Of a DNA stretch of 32,000 nt, positions 1 to 8,043 are shown in pieces (the stretch's first letter is position 1; the number at the start of each line of letters is the position of its first letter). The notes beneath the pieces are model-generated. The model was not told where the DNA came from and did no database searches. It saw only the letters and a program-made list of their open reading frames with translations. Source of the stretch: Pirellula staleyi DSM 6068 (GTDB taxonomy: Bacteria; Planctomycetota; Planctomycetia; Pirellulales; Pirellulaceae); contig CP001848.1 in assembly GCA_000025185.1 (NCBI GenBank), forward strand, positions 4,440,001 to 4,472,000, in the 5' to 3' direction. A program made the translations under genes and the position numbers.

Positions 1-1
1 G

Positions 2-3000
2 GCTGGGCTGCTGCTCCCGGTCGATCTGCTCGCGCGCATTGTCGACGGCGATCCCAACCTGCCGGGCCTCACCCCCAAGGATTACCACCTGCGCTCTGGC
101 GAACGGCTCAATGAAGCGGCCAGCCGGGCCTGGAATGAATGCCTGGCCGCCTGGAAGTCGTTTCGCAAGAAGTTCGCCTCTCTTCCAGCCTCGGATACCG
201 GCACCACGCTCACCCGCGATGAATGGCTGTTGCCGCTGTTTCAGGAACTCGGCTACGGGCGTCTGCAACCCAAGCGAGCCATCGTCATCGATGGCAAGGA
301 ATACCCGATCAGCCACGGTTGGGAAGATCACGTCCCTATCCACCTGCTGTCAGCTCGCTATTCCATCGACCGCCGCACGCCGGGGGCCGCCGGGGCGGCC
401 ACCCGTGCCCCGTACAGCCTGCTTCAGGAGCTGCTCAACAGCAGCGGCCAGCATCGCTGGGGATTTGTCACCAACGGTCTCAAGCTCTACCTGCTGCACG
501 ACAACGCCGCCCTCGCGCGGGCCGCGAATGTCGAATTCGACCTCGAAGCGATGATGGACGGCGAACTCTACGCCGACTTCATGCTGCTGTTCCTGCTCTG
601 CCATCAATCCCGCGTCGAGATTCAGCCCACGCCGATTGCCAAAGTCACCCTGGATCGGAAGACCGGCAAGGCCAAGAAGGCGAAAGCCACGAGTCAGAAG
701 AAGCTGGTCACCGATGACGATGCCGAAGCCGGTGAAGGCGACGACTCCGTCGACGCGGAAGCAGAAAAGACCCGGCTTGGTCCGGAGAACTGCTGGCTGG
801 AGCGCTGGGCCAATCAGGCTGATCAGCAAGGGACCCGCGCCCGCGACAAACTACGAGATGGCGTCGAAGCGGCGATCAAGTCCCTCGGAGCCGGTTTCCT
901 GACCACCAAGGGGAATCAGGCACTTCGCGAGCGGATGCGGACGGGCGAACTGTCGACCCAGGACTATTACCGCCAGCTTCTCCGCGTCGTCTATCGGCTG
1001 CTGATGCTGCTCGTCGCCGAGGAAAAGAAGACCGAGAACGGGGCCAACCTCTTTCATCCCCCCGGCACTCCGCCCGAGGTCACCGACCGTTACGCCCGCT
1101 TCTACTCGGTCAGCCGCATTCGCACGCTGGCCTACGAGCGGCGCGGCACCGCTCACACTGATCTGTATGAATCGCTCAAGGTCCTGTTCCTCAAGCTGCG
1201 CGAGGGGTACGCCCCGCTGGGCATTCCCGGCATGGGTTCGTTTCTCTTCTCGGACGACTCCACGCCCGATCTGGACGACGCCTTCCTCGCCAATCAGGAC
1301 TTGCTCGATGCCTTCCGGAATCTCTGTTACACGGAAGACACATCCGGGCGCGGCGGCAGCATTCGCCGTCCGGTCGACTTCGGCAGCCTCGGCAGCGATG
1401 AACTCGGCAGCGTGTACGAATCGCTGCTCGAACTGCATCCCAAGATCGACACCGATGAGGGGCCGTTCACGCTCGGCACGGCGTCCGGTAACGAACGCAA
1501 AACGACCGGTAGCTACTACACCCCGACCTCGCTCATCAACTGCCTGCTCGACTCGGCCCTCGATCCGGTCGTTCACGCCGCCATCGATGTTCCTGATCGT
1601 GCCGAGGCCGAACGCAAGCTGCTCAATCTGAAAGTCTGCGATCCGGCGTGCGGCAGCGGACACTTTCTGATCGCAGCCGCTGAGCGAATGGCGATGCACC
1701 TGGCTAGGCTGCGGACCGGCGATGACGAGCCGAACACGCTCGATGTCCAGCACGCCAAACGCGACATCATCGGCCGCTGCATCTACGGCGTCGACATCAA
1801 CCCGATGGCCGTTGAGCTGTGTAAGGTCGCCCTCTGGATGGAAGCGATGGAGCCGGGGAAGCCGTTCTCGTACCTCGAACATCACATCCAGTGCGGCAAC
1901 AGCCTGCTCGGAACCACACCCGCGCTGCTCGCCAAGGGAATCCCCGACGATGCGTTCACGGCGATTGAAGGAGATGTGAAGTCCCGCGTCAGCGAACTGA
2001 AGAAGCAGAACAAGAAAGAGCGGCTGGATCGCATCAATCGGCAAACGGAGATGTTCGAGCCGCCGTTGAAACTCGGCAACCTCTCGTCAGAGTTCGTGCG
2101 GCTAAACATCCTGGAAGACGACTCGATCAGCGACATCCGCTCGATGGAAGAGCGGTACACGGCCCTCGTTCGCGGAGCGGACTACCAGAACGCCCGGTTG
2201 CTGGCCGATACGTGGTGCGCGGCGTTCGTCTGGAAGAAGGATGACTCCGATCTCGGCAAGCTCTGCCCCACCGAGCGCGACTTCCGCAAGGTCGAATCAC
2301 ACGCCGCCGCTGGTCTGTTGCCTCACGTCCGCACCGAAGTCGAACGCCTGCGAAACCAATACCAGTTCTTTCACTGGCATCTGGCGTTCCCAGACGTGTT
2401 CCGTTTGCCGAGCCAGGACGAGCAGCCAGGCAACGAACATACAGGCTGGAACGGGGGCTTCAATGTTGTCCTCGGAAATCCGCCGTGGGAGCGAATCAAC
2501 ATCAATCAAAAGGAGTGGTTCGCCAGTCGATCGCGAGAGATTAGTGGTGCTTCTAACGCCGCATCTAGGCGAGCGGCAATCTTGCGGCTTTCATCGACTG
2601 ACCCTGTCCTTCAGCAGCATTGGAAGGACGCGATTCGCGAAGCCGCCGGAAATACTCATCTATTGCGAGACAGTGGGGGGTTCCCGTTGTGCGGACGCGG
2701 TGATGTAAATACTTATGCCGTGTTCTGTGAACTTAATCGAGCGATTATTGATTCGTACGGAACTGTTGGCTGCATTGTGCCGCCAGGAATTGCGATGGAC
2801 GCGACCACCCAAGACTTTTTCCAAGACCTTGTTCGCAATCAGTCTCTAATCGCAGTGTTCCATTTTGAGAACGAAGCCAAAGTATTTCCAGGTGTTCACC
2901 ATGCTTTTCGGTTTTGCCTGTTCGTCATCGGTGGCAATCGACGGGTAACCATGACTCCAGTATTTGTTGCATATGCCAGATCCGTTGACGATCTCCGTCA

Positions 3001-4849
3001 ACCCGATCGTCTATACGCGATGAGCAAAGCTGAGTTTCAACGGCTGTGTCCAAACACCGGGACATTTCCTGCATTTCGCAGCCGGAGAGATGCAGAGTTA
3101 ACCAAGCTAATACATGCAAAGGTTCCGGTCCTTATCCGCCATGCCGCAGAAGACGGAAACCCTTGGCAATGCGAGTTGCGACGCATGATACACATGTCCG
3201 ATGACGCCGAATGTTTTTCAAATAAAGATGCAATGACTCGTGAAGGCGCAGTTTTATCAGGAAATATATTCGTCGTCGGCAACGAACGCTACCTTCCGCT
3301 TTACGAAGCAAAGATGTGCCACATTTTTGATCACCGTTATGGTACGTACGCGGGCCAAACTGAGGCACAAGCCCAACAGGGATCTCTTCCAAACCTGTCC
3401 GCAGGGGACCACGCCGATCCTTCATGCTTCCCGATGCCCCGATATTGGGTTCCTGAAAAGGAGGTCGGGAATAGACTCAGAGACCTCTGGAAACATAGGT
3501 GGCTTCTCGGGTGGCGAGACATCACTGGCTCCGAAAAGAGTCGTACTGTTATTGCGACGGTCATCCCTTGCGTAGCAGTTTCGGGGTTCCATCAGATTTA
3601 CCTGCATTATGCTCCGTATCTTGCGGGCTGCGTGTGTGCAAATTTGTCTTCGTTTGTCTTGGACTTTGTATCCCGCCAGAAAGTGGGTGGTACTCACTTG
3701 ACCTACGGGATTCTTGAACAACTACCGATTCTACCACCCGATTCTTACTCAAAGCCATGTCTGTGGTCCGGAAAAGACTCGCGGGTTGAAGCGTTTCCGT
3801 CTCTTGATGGATGGCTGCTGCCTCGCGTCGTTGAACTAACCTACACAGCGTGGGACTTGCAGCCATTCGCGCAGGACTGCGGATACGACGGGCCGCCGTT
3901 CCGCTGGGACGAAGAGCGTCGCTTCCAGCTCCGTGCGGAACTCGACGCCGCCTTTTTCCATCTTTACCTCCCCAGCGATGCCCAAGGCGACTGGCTCCCC
4001 GCCGCCAACGAATCCCCGGACGACCTCGCCCGGCTCAAGGAGAGTTTCCCCCAGCCACGCGACGCCGTCTCCTACATCATGGACACCTTCCCCATCGTCC
4101 GCCGCAAAGACATCGCCAAACACGGCACCTACCGCACGAAGGACACGATCCTCAACGTCTACGACGCCATGCAGACCGCCATCCGCACCGGCATCCCCTA
4201 CCAAACGATTCTCGATCCCCCGCCAGCCGATCCACGCGTCGCGCATCCAGCGCGTGAGGCGGCCGTCGTCCCACTCAGATCGGTGGTAGTCGATCCGGTT
4301 TTTCCGAAGACGGATTTGGAGAAGGTGCTGTGCGCCTGTTTACTCGATTTCGTGACGTCGCAGCCAAGTCTAAAGGAGGACGAATACGTCGATCTGATGA
4401 TCCTCGCGATGCAGCCTGCGAATTGCCGTTTGCTCCTGACAGGCGATGAACGCGACCGCTTCGACCAATTCCTGACGGCGGTCTTGCCCGAGTTGATCGC
4501 CGACAGTGACGGAAAGCCACCGTGGCGTATGCTTCTTTCGACGTTTCGGGCCAATCTGTCGATTCAGAGAGATCGCTTCGCCCCAGGAGCCAACGCCCAG
4601 ATCGTTCGCGGAAAACTGCCGGATGTCAACGGTCAGTTCGTGGCACTGGTCCTGAAGGCAGGAGAGCGCTTGCGAGAACTTCAGGAAGCTGCCACTCCTC
4701 ACGATGGACCATCAACGCCGCCGCCGATAGGAGTCCGCAGTGCGCGAAAAGTTCGGGATGACGCTCCAACTGATCCGGCGTTGGTCAACTTGGTCAATTC
4801 GGTAAAGAACCACCGAATGGCGGCCATGAGTGGAGCTACTTCGGCATGA
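2..4849 (+). CDS. Large Eco57I/type IIG-like N6-adenine DNA methyltransferase with post-catalytic specificity region and C-terminal extension; 5' end outside window
   Basis: The frame is open from nt 2. Residues upstream of the track Met at 230 read ...LTPKDYHLRSGERLNEAASRAWNECLAAWKSFRKKF...TRDEWLLPLFQELGYG and continue the protein. SAM-binding motif I VCDPACGSGHFL lies at 1634-1669 and catalytic NPPW at 2477-2488. A TRD-like block follows (WRDITGSEKSRTVIATVIP), then a conserved-looking C-terminal GTYRTKDTILNVYDAM and about 250 aa more. The TGA stop overlaps the next start (ATGA 4846-4849). Confidence 0.85.
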   Translation, partial: AGLLLPVDLLARIVDGDPNLPGLTPKDYHLRSGERLNEAASRAWNECLAAWKSFRKKFASLPASDTGTTLTRDEWLLPLFQELGYGRLQPKRAIVIDGKEYPISHGWEDHVPIHLLSARYSIDRRTPGAAGAATRAPYSLLQELLNSSGQHRWGFVTNGLKLYLLHDNAALARAANVEFDLEAMMDGELYADFMLLFLLCHQSRVEIQPTPIAKVTLDRKTGKAKKAKATSQKKLVTDDDAEAGEGDDSVDAEAEKTRLGPENCWLERWANQADQQGTRARDKLRDGVEAAIKSLGAGFLTTKGNQALRERMRTGELSTQDYYRQLLRVVYRLLMLLVAEEKKTENGANLFHPPGTPPEVTDRYARFYSVSRIRTLAYERRGTAHTDLYESLKVLFLKLREGYAPLGIPGMGSFLFSDDSTPDLDDAFLANQDLLDAFRNLCYTEDTSGRGGSIRRPVDFGSLGSDELGSVYESLLELHPKIDTDEGPFTLGTASGNERKTTGSYYTPTSLINCLLDSALDPVVHAAIDVPDRAEAERKLLNLKVCDPACGSGHFLIAAAERMAMHLARLRTGDDEPNTLDVQHAKRDIIGRCIYGVDINPMAVELCKVALWMEAMEPGKPFSYLEHHIQCGNSLLGTTPALLAKGIPDDAFTAIEGDVKSRVSELKKQNKKERLDRINRQTEMFEPPLKLGNLSSEFVRLNILEDDSISDIRSMEERYTALVRGADYQNARLLADTWCAAFVWKKDDSDLGKLCPTERDFRKVESHAAAGLLPHVRTEVERLRNQYQFFHWHLAFPDVFRLPSQDEQPGNEHTGWNGGFNVVLGNPPWERININQKEWFASRSREISGASNAASRRAAILRLSSTDPVLQQHWKDAIREAAGNTHLLRDSGGFPLCGRGDVNTYAVFCELNRAIIDSYGTVGCIVPPGIAMDATTQDFFQDLVRNQSLIAVFHFENEAKVFPGVHHAFRFCLFVIGGNRRVTMTPVFVAYARSVDDLRQPDRLYAMSKAEFQRLCPNTGTFPAFRSRRDAELTKLIHAKVPVLIRHAAEDGNPWQCELRRMIHMSDDAECFSNKDAMTREGAVLSGNIFVVGNERYLPLYEAKMCHIFDHRYGTYAGQTEAQAQQGSLPNLSAGDHADPSCFPMPRYWVPEKEVGNRLRDLWKHRWLLGWRDITGSEKSRTVIATVIPCVAVSGFHQIYLHYAPYLAGCVCANLSSFVLDFVSRQKVGGTHLTYGILEQLPILPPDSYSKPCLWSGKDSRVEAFPSLDGWLLPRVVELTYTAWDLQPFAQDCGYDGPPFRWDEERRFQLRAELDAAFFHLYLPSDAQGDWLPAANESPDDLARLKESFPQPRDAVSYIMDTFPIVRRKDIAKHGTYRTKDTILNVYDAMQTAIRTGIPYQTILDPPPADPRVAHPAREAAVVPLRSVVVDPVFPKTDLEKVLCACLLDFVTSQPSLKEDEYVDLMILAMQPANCRLLLTGDERDRFDQFLTAVLPELIADSDGKPPWRMLLSTFRANLSIQRDRFAPGANAQIVRGKLPDVNGQFVALVLKAGERLRELQEAATPHDGPSTPPPIGVRSARKVRDDAPTDPALVNLVNSVKNHRMAAMSGATSA

Positions 4850-6879
4850 CGATCCTCAAGAAGTGCGACCTCGCTTCCAAACGATCCGAGCCTTCGGTCT
4901 GGATCAGCAAACTGGCGTTGTTTGAATCCCTCGATCCCCTGACACCGATCCGGGAACCGATAAAGTTTCACACGGGGCTGAACATCGTCTGGGGCGTCGA
5001 GAACGAAGCCAACGACGAGAAGTTCGAACCAGGCCACGGCGTTGGCAAGACTACCCTCTGTCGGCTGATTCGGTACTGCCTCGGTGAACCAACCTACGGA
5101 CAGTCGCATGCGGCCAAAGAGATTCTGAACACGTTTCCCGATGGCCACGTCGCCGCAGAGGTCTACATTCAGGGCCGGCGCTGGGCAGTATTGCGTCCCT
5201 TCAACAAGACCCGCGCGGACCGCGCACAGGGCGACGCCACAATCACGGAGCTGCTTGCCAATCCACCGCTCAAGGAGTCATTCCGTGAGTATCAGAATCT
5301 GCTGGCGTCAACTTGCCTCTCCGGACTCAGCACTGATGGCGTGCTGACTGGTGGGGCCTCGATCGAATGGCTCCATCTGCTGGCCCTGTGTTCTCGCGAT
5401 CAGGAGGCTCGCTACCAGAGCCTGTGGCAGTGGCGTTCACCGCGAAGCGATTCGGCCCCTCGAAACATTCAAAAAGATGACGCCCATCTGACGCTGCGGT
5501 CCGTCCTCGGCCTGCTGCCCGATGAGGAAACCACGCTCCAGAAGAAGTTAGCAAAGTACGACAGCGAACTCGCCCAGGTCGAGAAGGACATCGCCGAACG
5601 CGTCCGCGAACCTGAGTACTGGACACGGCACTACCGTCAGACTTTGGAACGCGACTTCAAGATCAAGGATGCGACAAACGCTTCTCTCCAACCTAATGAC
5701 TTGTACGGGATTCCCGAACTCGTGAAGGCAGCCATCAGCAAGCGAGATCAAAAACAGATCGAACGCAGTACGAGACTGGACGAACTTGAGCGGCACATTG
5801 CAATGGCCGGTAGCCTTTTGCTCGAACCCGCAGAGCATCAACAATCCGTCGAGGCCGCCGGGAATGTTACCAAAGCTGGTGCAGATACATTCACGGAAAG
5901 CGTTGAGGAGTTGCGACGACTTCGAAAAGAAATCGAAGACATGGGGATCTGGCCCTGCAAGTACGCCCACCCTCTATTGATTGGGAATTGTCAGCACACA
6001 AATCAGAGGCTCGTTAGTCTCGATTCCGAGATTCGCGATGCCTCAGCCCAAGAGCTTCCAAAATCTGCCAGGAAAGACCAGCAGGCCGCGGCGCTTCGTC
6101 AACAATCGGAACGCCAGAAGACTGGCCTGACGAAGCAACGTGAGCAGTTGGACGCTTACATCAAAGAGCGTCGCGCTCTGAACGACAAGCGGATCGCCGC
6201 AGACAAGGACATCCGGGCGTTGCGAGCAGCGCTAACCAGCCTGGAAACATGGGAACAGATTCGCACTGGAATGGTTCCTGACTCGGACCTCGCACAACTT
6301 CAGAAGCGAAAGAAGAGTCTGGAAACCAGGCAGACAACTGCGAAGGGACAGCTGACAGCTCTTCTCGCATCACAGGATCAGTCGCTCACGAAACTACGGA
6401 CTGTCTACGAAGCGCTTGCCCGAAACACGCTTTCAACCGAATTCAACGGGCGTGTTCTGCTCACGAGCGAGGGCCTTGAATTCCGCGTGTTTCGGGGCGA
6501 GAACCTTTCCGGGGAAGCCTTTGAGACTCTTTCGATCTTGCTGGCCGATATCGCGGTGCTACTGATGGGATCGCTCGGCGCTGCGTCTCACCCCGGAATC
6601 CTGATTCACGACAGTCCGCGAGAGGCGGACCTGGGCGGTCATATCTACCGCCGACTTCTTCTCTCCGTGGCTGAAGTGGCTGGTGAACTAGCGGTTGACG
6701 ATACCGTTCCGTTCCAGCAAATCGTCACGACAACGACGCCGCCTCCCCCGACGCTGAAGAAGAAGGCAACAACCTGCCTGAAGCTCGGTGGAGAAGAAGG
6801 GCAGTTGTTTCGCAGGCAGTTGCATGCGATGGCCACGACTCAGCAGTCCTTCGGATTTGACATGGAGAATGGCGAATGA
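4846..6879 (+). CDS. SMC/Rad50-like ABC ATPase with long coiled-coil insert
   Basis: The N-terminus FHTGLNIVWG...PGHGVGKTTLCRLIRYCLG contains a Walker A motif. The middle (aa ~230-520) is charged and heptad-rich. The C-terminus has a signature-like NLSGEAFETLS followed by a Walker-B-like PGILIHDSPREADL (Asp-Ser rather than Asp-Glu). ATGA overlaps occur at both ends (4846-4849 and 6876-6879). Confidence 0.75.
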   Translation: MTILKKCDLASKRSEPSVWISKLALFESLDPLTPIREPIKFHTGLNIVWGVENEANDEKFEPGHGVGKTTLCRLIRYCLGEPTYGQSHAAKEILNTFPDGHVAAEVYIQGRRWAVLRPFNKTRADRAQGDATITELLANPPLKESFREYQNLLASTCLSGLSTDGVLTGGASIEWLHLLALCSRDQEARYQSLWQWRSPRSDSAPRNIQKDDAHLTLRSVLGLLPDEETTLQKKLAKYDSELAQVEKDIAERVREPEYWTRHYRQTLERDFKIKDATNASLQPNDLYGIPELVKAAISKRDQKQIERSTRLDELERHIAMAGSLLLEPAEHQQSVEAAGNVTKAGADTFTESVEELRRLRKEIEDMGIWPCKYAHPLLIGNCQHTNQRLVSLDSEIRDASAQELPKSARKDQQAAALRQQSERQKTGLTKQREQLDAYIKERRALNDKRIAADKDIRALRAALTSLETWEQIRTGMVPDSDLAQLQKRKKSLETRQTTAKGQLTALLASQDQSLTKLRTVYEALARNTLSTEFNGRVLLTSEGLEFRVFRGENLSGEAFETLSILLADIAVLLMGSLGAASHPGILIHDSPREADLGGHIYRRLLLSVAEVAGELAVDDTVPFQQIVTTTTPPPPTLKKKATTCLKLGGEEGQLFRRQLHAMATTQQSFGFDMENGE

Positions 6880-7886
6880 GCAATTCACGTACGGTGACAG
6901 AAAGAAATGCGATTGCGGCCGTTCAGCGTTATGTCGAATCCGATTGGTTCAGCCGTTGGCAAGAGTTCGAGGCGAGAAACGACGATGGTGTCGATGGCAT
7001 AGTCTTCCTACGCAAGAAGAAGTTGGACAAGAAGAGCAATAAGCCTGACAAGGCACCTGGCTATACATCATTGCCGATTCGTGGGGTATTGTTCGTGCAG
7101 GTAAAGGGTGGCGAAGGCTATGCCGGACAATCGCAAAAGCGACCGGACCACATAGAGATCAACCTTGGCGAGGAGTATATCAACAACCATCGCCCTCGAT
7201 GGGATGCGCTACCAGGGCCTGCGATTCTTGTTTACGTTAACACGGCCAATCTCAAGCAGAATCTCGATGCGTGGTGGACAGACCTGAAAGTTGATTCAAC
7301 CTATTCGGATGATAACAAGCAGATCGTGCTTGTCCCCAAATCACAAAGATTTGGACCACACTCCAAGGGGCACATGAGACGGCTTCTTGGACCTGAAACT
7401 CAGTACGATGCACATCTGCATCCTCTCACAGCCGTCCATAAAGACTCGTCATACGTCTCCATTGTCCTTCCCCTGAAAGCGTGTGCTCGGAGCTTCTATC
7501 GAGAGTGGTCAGTTCTACCGGCTTCGGAACGCACACATCCAGGGCTCGGAGAGATTCTCGTGACGCGAAACGGATGGCGACACATCACAAGGAAGGGCCG
7601 AAGACACGAGCGTATCGTTCAGTCATTGCAACTGCTCGGTATTGCCAAGCGGATGATCAAGGAAGTTAAGGACGTCGGTTGGGTTGGTCGAATGGAAGAA
7701 CGCCAGCTAAAAAATGGGACAATTCAGCGGCGCGAGTTGTTAGGCATCCGAGCAAGGGTCAAATTCCCCTTCCGGCAGGAGAGTGTGATCCAAGTGATTC
7801 TCGAACGAAAGCGGATATATGGAAAGAGTCTGATCTCAGAACGAACCACGTTTTACTCAGTCTACGAAGCAAGGCGGGGGAAATAA
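6876..7886 (+). CDS. DUF4365-like PD-(D/E)xK nuclease-fold protein with unassigned basic C-terminal half
   Basis: ERNAIAAVQRYVE...EARNDDGVDGIVFL...GVLFVQVKGGEGY fits the DUF4365 pattern (E..a..v ... D.G[IV]DG ... vQvK). The C-terminal ~170 aa (..VTRNGWRHITRKGRRHE..FYSVYEARRGK) are not recognised. The start overlaps the upstream stop (ATGA). Confidence 0.6.
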   Translation: MSNSRTVTERNAIAAVQRYVESDWFSRWQEFEARNDDGVDGIVFLRKKKLDKKSNKPDKAPGYTSLPIRGVLFVQVKGGEGYAGQSQKRPDHIEINLGEEYINNHRPRWDALPGPAILVYVNTANLKQNLDAWWTDLKVDSTYSDDNKQIVLVPKSQRFGPHSKGHMRRLLGPETQYDAHLHPLTAVHKDSSYVSIVLPLKACARSFYREWSVLPASERTHPGLGEILVTRNGWRHITRKGRRHERIVQSLQLLGIAKRMIKEVKDVGWVGRMEERQLKNGTIQRRELLGIRARVKFPFRQESVIQVILERKRIYGKSLISERTTFYSVYEARRGK

Positions 7887-8043
7887 AAAAGGACACGTAC
7901 CAGTGCGATTCAGCATTCTTACGTCGAAACGCAGGTCTGTTAGGCAAAGGCCGTGTCCAACCGCGAGTTTACGATAGCCTTTCCGTCGAAGCAAGGCTCG
8001 GAAAAAGTTGGCGTGTCACTTCAGAAAAAGAAGCGATTGAGAT

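Noticed and set aside
851-2044. A 397-aa antisense ORF, plus other long antisense or out-of-frame ORFs (e.g. 350-829, 3836-4246, 10570-11244, 29259-29747, 28413-28829).
   Set aside because: These are shadow ORFs of the kind expected in high-GC coding sequence. Their composition is Arg/Ala/Gly-rich and low in complexity, and they carry no recognisable motifs. Each is fully overlapped by a gene with strong motif support.
6876-7886. Calling the DUF4365 protein a DREN-APAZ partner, which would make the locus a SPARDA system.
   Set aside because: The region after the nuclease domain is only about 170 aa. The gene is coupled to the ABC ATPase and separated from the Ago by a 3.1-kb RT gene, and the Ago is not short. 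I kept this only as a question for profile searches.
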